This document shows positions 9,973-18,999 of a DNA stretch of 64,000 nucleotides, piece after piece. The stretch covers positions 1,440,001 to 1,504,000 of the forward strand of contig OZ219754.1 of NCBI GenBank assembly GCA_964291295.2, written 5' to 3'. The first letter of the stretch is position 1. Each line of letters opens with the position of its first letter. The translations under genes and the position numbers were made by a program. The stretch is from an uncultured Candidatus Binatia bacterium (GTDB lineage Bacteria; Desulfobacterota; Binatia; UBA9968; JAJDTQ01). A model generated the notes under the pieces. That model had not been told where the DNA came from, searched no databases, and was given only the letters and a program-made list of their open reading frames with translations.

Positions 9973-10986
9973 ATGTCAAGGTATGTGGCCAGACGCCTGC
10001 TCTTCGCGGTCCCCACGCTGCTGGTCCTCAGCCTGATCGTCTTTGCGCTGCTTGACCTGGCGCCCAACGACCCCACGGCGCAGCTCCCGCTGACCATCCC
10101 GCCGGAGACGCGGCAGGCCATCCGGGAGAGCCTGGGCCTGGGGCAGCCGTTCCACGTCCGCTATCTCAAGTGGCTCGACCAGTTCCTGGTCAATGAGCCG
10201 CTCAATCTGTGGGAGCGGCTGTGGGGCATCGAGATCGGCGACTCGGCGGACCGCCTGCGCGTGCGCTCCTGGTCCACCCGCGCGCCGGTGGTGGACCTGA
10301 TCGCGGAGCGGCTTCCGCAGACCCTCACCGTTGTCGGCATCTCCTACATCCTTGCGATTCTCATCGCCGTGCCGGTGGGTGTCTACTCCGCCTGCCGGCA
10401 GTATTCGTTCATCGATCAGGCGGGCACTTTCGTCACCATGGTGGGGTTCTCGGTGCCGACCTTCTTCACGGGTACGCTCCTCATCATGATCTTCAGCGTC
10501 GGCCTCGACTGGCTGCCGTCCATCTATGACACCACCCACCGGGTGACGGACTTGCCCAGCCTGCTGTTCCAGGTCCGGCAGATGATCATGCCGGTGATGG
10601 TGCTCGGGCTGTACAATGCGGCCCAGCTCAGCCGTTTCACCCGTTCCGCGGTGCTCGAGAATCTGAACCAGGACCATGTGCGCACCGCCCGCGCCAAGGG
10701 CCTGTCCGAGTTCAGGGTCATCGTGGTCCACGTGCTGCGCAACAGCCTGATTCCGGTGGTGACGGTGATCTCCCTGGGGCTGCCGGCGACCTTCGCGGGA
10801 GCCATCATCACCGAGCAGATATTCCGCATCAATGGTGTCGGCCACTTGCTCATCGGCGCCATCGAGAGCGGCGACATCCCCACCGTCCAGACCGTGACCT
10901 TCATCTTCGCGGTGCTGATCGTGTTGTTCAATCTCGCGGCGGACGTCCTCTACGGCGTGCTGGACCCGAGGATTCGCCATGACTGA
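9973..10986 (+). CDS. Peptide ABC transporter permease (OppB/DppB-like)
   Basis: RTARAKGL EAA loop, HVLRNSLIP, ITEQIF and C-terminal LDPRI. Confidence 0.9.
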   Translation: MSRYVARRLLFAVPTLLVLSLIVFALLDLAPNDPTAQLPLTIPPETRQAIRESLGLGQPFHVRYLKWLDQFLVNEPLNLWERLWGIEIGDSADRLRVRSWSTRAPVVDLIAERLPQTLTVVGISYILAILIAVPVGVYSACRQYSFIDQAGTFVTMVGFSVPTFFTGTLLIMIFSVGLDWLPSIYDTTHRVTDLPSLLFQVRQMIMPVMVLGLYNAAQLSRFTRSAVLENLNQDHVRTARAKGLSEFRVIVVHVLRNSLIPVVTVISLGLPATFAGAIITEQIFRINGVGHLLIGAIESGDIPTVQTVTFIFAVLIVLFNLAADVLYGVLDPRIRHD

Positions 10987-11893
10987 CGGCCTTGGCGGCC
11001 TCGACGCGAAGACGCTCACCGAACCGGCGCCCGGCGCGGGAGTCTGGCGCGAGTTCCGGCGCCACAAGGGAGCGGCGGCCGGCGCCGCGGTGTTGCTGCT
11101 GCTGGGTTTGATGGTGCTGTTCGGGCCGACCGTCCACCGGGTCGATCCACGGCACGTGGACTACCCGGTCCGGAACCGCGGCCCGTCGCTGGCGCACCCC
11201 ATGGGAACCGACAATCTGGGCCGCGACATGCTGGCGCGGGTGCTGGCCGGGGGGCGGGTCTCGCTGGCGGTGGGGGTTGCCGCCATGGTCCTGTCCATCA
11301 CCCTCGGGACCTTCGCCGGCGTCATGGCCGGATTCTTCCGGCGGTTGGACGGTCCGCTGATGCGGTTCACCGACATCTTTCTGGCGCTTCCGGTGCTGCC
11401 GCTGCTGCTGGTGGGCATCATGCTGTTCCGGGATCCGTTGCGCACCGCCCTGGGACCGGAGGCGGGCATCTTCATCCTGGTGGTGGCGGTCATCGGCATG
11501 ACCAACTGGATGCAGACGGCCCGGGTGGTTCGCGGGGAGGTTCTGGCGGTCAAGGAGCGGGAGTTCGTGCTTGCCGCCCGAAGCGCCGGCGCGGCCCCGC
11601 GCCGCATCATCCTGAGCCACGTACTGCCCAACGCCCTGAGTCCCGTGATCGTGGCCGCGACCCTGGGGGTCGCCAATGCCATCATTGTCGAAAGCTCGCT
11701 CAGCTTCCTCGGCCTGGGCTTTCCGTCCGATTTTCCCACTTGGGGCCGCCTGCTCCATGATGGTGTCCCGTTCCTTGAGATCGCTCCCGCGCGGGTGTTC
11801 TGGCCCGGCCTCGCCATCTCGCTCGCCGTCCTGAGCGTGAACTACATGGGGGACGGCCTGCGTGACGCTCTGGATCCGCGGGTGCGGCGATAG
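10979..11893 (+). CDS. Peptide ABC transporter permease (OppC/DppC-like)
   Basis: HPMGTDNLGRD, EFVLAARSAGA, ESSLSFLGLG and GDGLRDALDP motifs. Confidence 0.9.
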   Translation: MTDGLGGLDAKTLTEPAPGAGVWREFRRHKGAAAGAAVLLLLGLMVLFGPTVHRVDPRHVDYPVRNRGPSLAHPMGTDNLGRDMLARVLAGGRVSLAVGVAAMVLSITLGTFAGVMAGFFRRLDGPLMRFTDIFLALPVLPLLLVGIMLFRDPLRTALGPEAGIFILVVAVIGMTNWMQTARVVRGEVLAVKEREFVLAARSAGAAPRRIILSHVLPNALSPVIVAATLGVANAIIVESSLSFLGLGFPSDFPTWGRLLHDGVPFLEIAPARVFWPGLAISLAVLSVNYMGDGLRDALDPRVRR

Positions 11894-11928
11894 CCGGGTG
11901 CGCCGGCGCGACCGGCGCGGGCGGGAGA

Positions 11929-12570
11929 CTACCGCGGCACCGGCCGGCTCAGACAGCGAAGCCCGGTTTCGTCGTCCAGGGCATACCAGAACCGACCGCC
12001 GTTCAGGGCCAGGCATCCTGGCCTGAACGGGACGGGAATACGCTCCGCCACCCGCTCGCGCACCGGGTCGTAGCGGATAAACGCGAAGACCGCCTGGTGT
12101 TCATCGCTCCAGTCCCCGAGGGGTCCGGGGTCGCATTCGACACACCAGAGTTCGTCGTCGTGCGAAGTCGGGCTGAAGGTCTGGTGCTCCATGCGGATGG
12201 TCCACAGGGTTCGCCCGTTCTCCGGGTCCATGCAGAACAGCTTCCGGTTGCGCCGGTGGCTGAGCCACAGCCGGCCCTTGACCACCGTCGCGCCGGCGGC
12301 GGCACCGTCCGGGCAGTCGAAGCGGCGCATGACCCGTTTCCGTTCAGGCGACCAGAGGAGCAGCTGCTGTCCCAGCCGGCCACCGCCGGCGACCAGCCAC
12401 ACGCCGTCGCTCGACGGACAGGCGTACCGGACACCGGGAAGCGACAGGACCTGCTCGCAGGACTGGCGGACCGGGTCATGGACGATCACGATGGACGCAT
12501 CCGCGGACGCGAGCCACAGGCGGCCCCGGTGCCACTGCATGCCCGTGATGAGGACTGACCGGATGTCCAT
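11929..12570 (-). CDS. Hypothetical protein, probable beta-propeller repeat fold
   Basis: Only the C-terminal 213 aa (from MDIRSVLITG) of track ORF 11929..13587 look protein-like; repeated 'G.LW' blade-like motifs (GRLWLA, GVWLV, GRLWLS, ELWCV, GRFWY). Confidence 0.5.
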   Translation of the reverse strand: MDIRSVLITGMQWHRGRLWLASADASIVIVHDPVRQSCEQVLSLPGVRYACPSSDGVWLVAGGGRLGQQLLLWSPERKRVMRRFDCPDGAAAGATVVKGRLWLSHRRNRKLFCMDPENGRTLWTIRMEHQTFSPTSHDDELWCVECDPGPLGDWSDEHQAVFAFIRYDPVRERVAERIPVPFRPGCLALNGGRFWYALDDETGLRCLSRPVPR

Positions 12571-13046
12571 CCTTCGCCTTGTATCAGAAACAGGTGCGCG
12601 CGGTGCGGGTCTGCCTCGTCGTCCGGGTCGAAGGCCGATTGCGGCCCGCGGGGAGTCATCCGGGAGTGTGCGCCGCCGGAGGCCTCGGGAGGTGGCCGGC
12701 AGGGACACATCCGTCCGGATTCTCGTCCAGGATGCCGGAAATTCGCTGTCGTGTCCCATTGTCGAACAGAAACAGGGTCTCCATATCGGGCGCCCGCCGG
12801 CTCTTGACAGGGTGGGGCGCCTGTGGGCAAGACGGGGAGGGTTGCGCCGACTGCCGGAGTATTTCACGGCAACTCCCGTGTTGCCGGCCGTACATGTTGT
12901 TTCGGGTCGTACATCTGCTTGCACGGGCTGCCTCACTATGGTAAGGCTTGATCCGACATGGAGCCGGTGTACGTGCGCCGTACTTTCACATATTGCACAT
13001 ATCTGGACACGGAGCGTTCGCCGGGGTCCGTTTGCGGGATCAGGAA

Positions 13047-13116
13047 GGTTTGAGGCCGTCAGTTTCAAGCCGCTGGTTTGAGGCGGTCGGTTTGAGGCCG
13101 TCGGTTTCAGGCGGTC
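13047..13116. repeat. 5 x 14-nt degenerate tandem repeat (GGTTTGAGGCCGTC)
   Basis: Units at 13047, 13061, 13075, 13089 and 13103. Confidence 0.85.
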
Positions 13117-13183
13117 ATTGAAACGCTCAGTTGGCGACGGTTGTTCAGGGACGGTTGGTGGACGTTTTTGTGTTGCGTTACAT

Positions 13184-15770
13184 GAGACGGGATGTTCAAG
13201 AGCTTCGTCCCGAAGCTGTTTCTGAAGGCGAAAGGAGAGTTCGGACATGAGAAAGATGAGGATGTTGGTGCACAAGAATCTGGCGGCGGTCTGTTGCGCC
13301 ATCATGTTCGCCTTCGGGCTTGCGGCATGCAGTAGCAGCAGCAACAACAAGACGGTGGTGACCGAAGCCGAGAAAACCATAAATACGGCCCGTACGGGGG
13401 CCATGAGTGCGGCGACGGCGGCCAAGACGGCGTCGGACAACGCCAAGGAGGCGGTCGATGAGGCGGACGCGGCGGTCATGGCTGTTGCCCCCATTTTTAC
13501 GATGACGGGCGGCGATGACGGCACCGTGAATCTGGCCGGCCTGGTGAAGGAGGGCCGCGATGCGGCCGGCATGGCGGAGGAGTACAATCAAGAGACCAAG
13601 ATGGAGTCCGACAAGGCTGCGGCCGCGGAAACGGTGACGGCGGCAGCCGATGCCAGGGCGAAAGCGGAGTTGGCCCAGGAGAAAGCCGAAGCCCAGGCGC
13701 GGATAGCCGCTGAAAAGGCCAAGATGGCGACGGATGCCGCCGCGAAGGGAATCAAGGTCTCCGGCGATACGGACATGGCGAGGACGTACGGTTTCGGCGA
13801 CACTTCCATCACTCCCGCCGCCTTGCCCAAGAAAAATTCGGACACGAGTGTGGTCAACGGCAAGACGGTCACGAAGACGACGGGCCTCATAGGTACGGCC
13901 GACGGCCACGCCCCCATGGTGGATGTCGCCGCAGTCATGTACCTGGCCAAGAGCGGCAGTACTCCGGAGCGCAAGGCCAAGCCGGCGATCGAGAAACGGA
14001 CGTTTACGTTCGCCAAGGCATACGACTCGGCAGACGACGGAAGCCGCCTCTGGCTCGCCACCCAGTATGCCGCTGGCAGGGCCGTGCACACGTTCCGTGA
14101 CACCTCTGGCTCGCTCGATCTCGAAAAGACCGACGATGCGACATGGGGCGCTCACGATCATGACAGCGACTCCAGTACGGCGAAGCTGAAGGTGATGAAG
14201 GCGACCGGCATGTTCTACATGGCCTCCGGCTCGGGGGCTTTTGACCAGACGAACCCCTCGAGCGCCACGATCGAGGACGAAACGAAGGTGAACAAGGATA
14301 TCTTCTACTACCAACATCCCACCGAAGGGAAAAAGTGGTTGAGGCGGACCCAGTCCGTGACCCCCACAGGCGAAGCGACCACTCATACCTATATGAACGT
14401 GAGCGTCGTCGAGAATGTCATGGGCTTTCCGGTGGCGACCGACTACATACATGTCAACTACGGCATATGGATCGGCAATCTGAAGGCCGACGGTGACGAC
14501 AGCGACGCCGACCTTACCGAACTTGGCACGGGGTTTGCCTCTGCCAAGGCGGGCAAAGGCATGACCGGGGAGATGCCGGACTCCGGCACGGGCACCTACA
14601 AGGGCTCTTATCTCGTGTCCTATCGCAAGGCCCACGCGGATGGCAACGGCAGCCTCATGTCCAGTGCGAATCACTCGACAGTGACGGCGGACTTCGCGAA
14701 GGCGACCGTGATGGTCGATTTGCATTCCCTCGCCAAGCTTGAGGGCACAATCGCCGGGGACAGGTTCTCGGGAACCAAGGTCTCCAGCGTGACCGGTATG
14801 GTGGGCGAGACAGCGGTTCTGACGGCAAGTGCGGACGGCAGCGGTTACACGGGCAGTTTCAGCGGCGGTTTCTTCGGACCCCAGGCGGCGGAAGTCGGCG
14901 GCGTGTTCTCCTACACGTCGAAGGACAAGAAGAATGGCGAATTCCGTGGCTCCTTCGGCGGAGCCAAGTAGCAGGTCGTCGTCGGTTCACTGAGTGGGGC
15001 GCGCTGTCCATCTCCGGACCGGGCGCCTCGCATCGTGGCGGCTGACGGGCGGAAGCCACGCGGTTCCGGGCAATGATCGCCAAGGTTGTTTTCGCCGGGA
15101 CCGTTTGGGGACGTTCCACGAGACAGGATGTTCAAGGGCTTCGTCCCGAGGCTGTTTCTGAAGGCGAAAGGAGAGTTCGGACATGAGAAAGATGAGGATG
15201 TTGGTGCACAAGATGGTACACAAGAACTTGGCGGCGGTCTGTTGCGCCGTCATGCTCGCCTTCGGGCTTGCGGCATGCAGTAGCAGCAGCAACAAGACGG
15301 TGGTGACCGAAGCCGAGAAAACCATAAATACGGCCCGTACGGGGGCCATGAGTGCGGCGACGGCGGCCAAGACGGCGTCGGACAACGCCAAGGAGGCGGC
15401 CGATGAAGCGGACGCGGCGGTCATGGCTGTTACCCCCATTTTTACCATGACGGGCGGCGGTGACGATCCCGTGAATCTGGCCGGCTTGGCGAAGGAGGCC
15501 CGCGATGCGGCCACCAACGCGGAAAAGTACAATCAAGAGACCAAGACGGAGTCCGACAAGGCCGCGGCCGCGGAAACGGTGACGGCGGCAGCCGACGCCA
15601 GGGCGGCAGCGGAGTTGGCCCAGGAGAACGCCGAAGCCCAGGAGCGGATAGCCGCCGAAAAGGCCAAAATGGCGAAGGATACCGCCGCGATGGGAATCAA
15701 GGTCTCCGGCGATACGGATATGGCGAGGACGTACAGTTTCGGCGACACGTCCATCACCCCCGCCGCCTTG
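13184..15770. repeat. About 640-bp direct repeat (13184-13825 vs 15120-15770) covering leader, RBS, signal peptide and stalk of lipoproteins 1 and 2
   Basis: Both start GAGAC(G/A)GGATGTTCAAG.GCTTCGTCCCGA.GCTGTTTCTGAAGGCGAAAGGAGAGTTCGGACATGAGAAAG and stay highly similar to ...ITPAAL. Confidence 0.9.
13247..14971 (+). CDS. Surface lipoprotein 1 with TbpB-like C-terminal beta-barrel (putative Slam cargo)
   Basis: AAGGAG RBS; lipobox GLAA-C28; Ala-rich stalk; NYG.W, GTYKG, VTADF, GTI.GDRFSG, GGFFGPQAAEVGGVF and GSFGG motifs typical of transferrin-binding-protein-like barrels. Confidence 0.8.
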   Translation: MRKMRMLVHKNLAAVCCAIMFAFGLAACSSSSNNKTVVTEAEKTINTARTGAMSAATAAKTASDNAKEAVDEADAAVMAVAPIFTMTGGDDGTVNLAGLVKEGRDAAGMAEEYNQETKMESDKAAAAETVTAAADARAKAELAQEKAEAQARIAAEKAKMATDAAAKGIKVSGDTDMARTYGFGDTSITPAALPKKNSDTSVVNGKTVTKTTGLIGTADGHAPMVDVAAVMYLAKSGSTPERKAKPAIEKRTFTFAKAYDSADDGSRLWLATQYAAGRAVHTFRDTSGSLDLEKTDDATWGAHDHDSDSSTAKLKVMKATGMFYMASGSGAFDQTNPSSATIEDETKVNKDIFYYQHPTEGKKWLRRTQSVTPTGEATTHTYMNVSVVENVMGFPVATDYIHVNYGIWIGNLKADGDDSDADLTELGTGFASAKAGKGMTGEMPDSGTGTYKGSYLVSYRKAHADGNGSLMSSANHSTVTADFAKATVMVDLHSLAKLEGTIAGDRFSGTKVSSVTGMVGETAVLTASADGSGYTGSFSGGFFGPQAAEVGGVFSYTSKDKKNGEFRGSFGGAK

Positions 15771-16943
15771 ACCGGCAAGAAGGTGGAGACGAGGCTGGTC
15801 AACGGCAAGGAAGTCACGCTGTCGACGAATCTCATAGGCGATTTCAAGGTTTCCCTCAAGGAGGACGTTGCTGGAGTCGAGGGTACGGCTGCGTCAGGGG
15901 GTACCCCGGAGGTCAAGGCCAAGCCGATAATCGAAGCACGCGAGACCTTGGTCGGGAAGATATACGACTCGGCGGACGACAAGACCCGCCTCCTGCTCTT
16001 CACCCACTACACCGGCAGCAAGGTCGTAGGCGCGTACCGCACAGTCAACACCAAGACGGTCGAGGGCAAAGTGACCCCCAATGCGGAACACGGCGAGTAC
16101 GATCATGATAATGATGACGAAACGCCTAGCTTGAAGGTGATGAAGGCGGCCGGTGAGTTCTACCTGGTCACCGGCTCGGGGGCTTTGAGCGCGAGCAGTC
16201 ACACCGACAAGATCGAGAAGGCCACGAAGGCCACCCCGATCTACTACTACACCGAACCCGCCGAGGGATCGACGCCGAGCAAGAAGATCTGGATCGTGCG
16301 AAGCAAGACCAAAGACGAAGCCGGAACGATCACATACGAATACCAGGACGTGAGTGTCGTCGAGAACGTCAAGGGCTTTCCGGTGGCGACTCCCTATCAG
16401 CATCTCAATTACGGCATGTGGATTGGCAATCTGAAAGCCAATGGTGATGACAGCGATGCCGACCTTGCCGAACTCGGAACGGCGTTTGTCGTTGCCAAGG
16501 CGGGCGGCAAGGGTATGACCGGCGGTGACATGCCGGCCAGCGGCACGGCCACCTATGACGGCCATTACGTCGTGACATTTCGCGCCAAGAAAGCGACAGG
16601 CGACGGTCGCTTCCATTACAGGTCGGATCACTCGACATTGACAGCAAATTTCGCGAATGACACCGTCATGGTCGATCTGTACGGCCTCGCCACACTCGAG
16701 GGCACCATCAAGGGCGACTGGTTCTCGGGAACCAATGTTTCCGGGGTCGCTCCGCTGAGCGACAAGCCAGCCAATGATTTTCTTGAGGCGGACACGAGCG
16801 GTGCCAATTACACGGGCACGTTCAGCGGCGGCTTCTTCGGACCCAAGGCTGCGGAAGCCGGCGGCGTGTTCGACTACACGTCGGAGGGCAGGAAGAAGGG
16901 CGAATTCCGCGGAGCCTTCGGCGGAGTCAAGCAGGCGGAGTAG
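15183..16943 (+). CDS. Surface lipoprotein 2 (paralog), TbpB-like barrel
   Basis: Near-identical 5' third to copy 1; same barrel motifs (GGFFGPKAAEAGGVF...GAFGG). Confidence 0.8.
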   Translation: MRKMRMLVHKMVHKNLAAVCCAVMLAFGLAACSSSSNKTVVTEAEKTINTARTGAMSAATAAKTASDNAKEAADEADAAVMAVTPIFTMTGGGDDPVNLAGLAKEARDAATNAEKYNQETKTESDKAAAAETVTAAADARAAAELAQENAEAQERIAAEKAKMAKDTAAMGIKVSGDTDMARTYSFGDTSITPAALTGKKVETRLVNGKEVTLSTNLIGDFKVSLKEDVAGVEGTAASGGTPEVKAKPIIEARETLVGKIYDSADDKTRLLLFTHYTGSKVVGAYRTVNTKTVEGKVTPNAEHGEYDHDNDDETPSLKVMKAAGEFYLVTGSGALSASSHTDKIEKATKATPIYYYTEPAEGSTPSKKIWIVRSKTKDEAGTITYEYQDVSVVENVKGFPVATPYQHLNYGMWIGNLKANGDDSDADLAELGTAFVVAKAGGKGMTGGDMPASGTATYDGHYVVTFRAKKATGDGRFHYRSDHSTLTANFANDTVMVDLYGLATLEGTIKGDWFSGTNVSGVAPLSDKPANDFLEADTSGANYTGTFSGGFFGPKAAEAGGVFDYTSEGRKKGEFRGAFGGVKQAE

Positions 16944-17079
16944 TCGGAGTAGTAACAGATCGCCGTCATCGGCGGCGGTTCACGGAGCGAGGCGTCCGGC
17001 GGGACGAAGCCTAGACGCTTGCTGAATGCGTCCTGTGATGCTGCCGGAGGGAAGTTCCGCGCCAAGGAGTTCGAGAACG

Positions 17080-18894
17080 ATGAGGATATTGATGTACGGA
17101 ATGATGCACGGAATGATGCACGGGATGATGAACAGGAACTTGGCGGCGGTCTTCTGCGCGGTGGTGTTGGCCTTCGGGCTGGCGGCATGCGGCGGCAGCA
17201 GCAACAACAACCGGACCCCGGCGACGACCCCGGATCTGCCGCCGGCGGGGCCGACGGCAGTGGAGACGGCGATCAAGGAGGCCCGGACATCGGCGATGGC
17301 GGCGTCGGGCAAGGCCAAGACGGCGTCGGACAACGCGGGGACGTCGGCGGATGAGGCGGAAGCGGCGATCCTGGGTGTCGTGCCCGTTTTCACTCCCAAG
17401 GGGGAGATGACGGCGAAGAGCTACGCGGATGCGGCCCGGACGGCGGCGGACATGGCGAAGGCGGAGTACGACAAGGCCAAGATGGAGTCGGACAAGGCTG
17501 CGGCCACGAGCGACTTGAGTGTGGCGGCCGAGGCCGAAGTCGCAGCCGAGGCGGCGCAGGCGAAGGCGGAGGCTCAGGCGGCGATGGCCGCGGAAAAGGC
17601 GAAGATGGCGAAGGAGGCCGCGGCCAAGGAGGTTCGGCATGTCGAGGGGATGACCTACGGGTACGGCGACACGACCATCACGGCGGGTGCACCCTATGCC
17701 AAGCTCACGACCGGGGGCAAGACCATCGAGACCGGCAAGCGCGGCGGCATCAACGAGGCCTCACGGGATTTTCGAAAGGAACCGGTCCGATACGTGAAGG
17801 CAACCGAAAGCAAGCCGGAGGTGGTTTCCCGGACGGGAATCCATGCACGGACCATCCCGGTCGGTTCCTACAACGACTCGGAGAAGTCCCGTTTCTGGCT
17901 GGTCGAAAAGTATGTCACCAACACCAAGGGGGTGAAGGCCTACCGCAGGGCGAAGGACGCCAGCGATCAGCCCATCAACGTGACCGCCCCGATCACGGTC
18001 GAGAACCCGTTCGGTTCGGTCACGGTAGGGGAAAAGACCTACAAGGTCATGCGGGCGGAGGGGGAGTTCCATATTCTTGATACCCCGGAGTCGAAGAAAC
18101 TGGACAAGACGAATGCCTGGGACTGGATCAATGGGGGCACCAAGGACGCGAATGCGGGCGTGGGCGTCTACTACTACAACAACGGCAGCAAGGACATCTA
18201 TCTTCTGCGCACCGGAACGAGCGGGACCGACAACTTCACCTACCGGCAGATTTTCGTCTACGATGTGCCGGATTTCCCGGAGGCGAGGCCCTATGAGCAC
18301 ATGAACTACGGGATGTGGCACACGCAGAAGTCAGGCAGGACCAACCTTGGCATCTCATTCGTCACGGTGCTGCCCGATGGCGAGGGCATGACCCCGGCGG
18401 CCAACATGCCAGGCTTCGGCAGCGCCACCTACAGGGGTCATGCAGTCTGGCAACGCCGCGACCCGCACGCTCAAGGCGAAGGAGGTATCGGCGGTCATGA
18501 GGGGAACTCAACCACGACGGTGGATTTCGGGAAAAGCACCATCAAGACCAATATTTTTGACTGGCACTACACGTCGCAAGGCGGATCCAACGGGATTCTC
18601 GCCACATTCCACGGCACCATCGACGGGAACGGGTTCTCGGGCAGCAAAGTGACCAATGTCAACGCCGAAGGCGCCGGCTACGATACGCCGGGGTTTTTTG
18701 CTGGCTATCAGGCCCGCCATCGTACTGCATCGAAGCTGGCCACGAGCGTGGACGGCAGCCTGTAGTACGAGGTGAGGGAGTACCGCGGGAATTTCTTCGG
18801 GCCGGACGCCGAAGAGGTGGGCGGCGTGTTCGACATCACGTCCAAGGACAAGAAGAACGGCGAGTTGCGCGGCTCCTTCGGCGGCCGCAGGTAG
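17080..18894 (+). pseudogene. Surface lipoprotein 3 interrupted by in-frame TAG at 18763-18765
   Basis: AAGGAG RBS and lipobox GLAAC. After the TAG the same frame continues YEVREYRGNFFGPDAEEVGGVFDITSKDKKNGELRGSFGGRR* (18766-18894), homologous to the C-termini of copies 1 and 2. Confidence 0.75.
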
Positions 18895-18932
18895 TAAACA
18901 GGTCGCCGTCACCGGCGGTGGTTCACGGAGCG

Positions 18933-18973
18933 GGGCGCCCGATCCATCTCCGGATCGGGCGCCCTTTTCTTTT
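18933..18973 (+). terminator. Intrinsic terminator between lipoprotein 3 and the Slam-like gene
   Basis: Perfect 13-bp stem GGGCGCCCGATCC / GGATCGGGCGCCC, loop ATCTCC, followed by TTTTCTTTT. Confidence 0.8.
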
Positions 18974-18999
18974 CCAGACAGCTGCCAGGGAGGCTGTGG

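Noticed and set aside
11929-13587. 552-aa minus-strand ORF
   Set aside because: The N-terminal part is antisense to lipoprotein 1 and intergenic DNA; only 11929-12570 looks coding.
14524-14538. Perfect sigma54 motif TGGCACGGGGTTTGC
   Set aside because: Lies inside lipoprotein 1 coding sequence (L-G-T-G-F-A), is not kept in paralog 2, and is about 640 bp from the next start; probably chance.
18763-18765. Pyrrolysine codon
   Set aside because: No pyl genes in the window, the protein is not a methyltransferase, and TAG is used as a normal stop in many genes here.
13247-18894. Diversity-generating retroelement acting on the lipoproteins
   Set aside because: No reverse transcriptase, and differences between copies are not confined to adenines.
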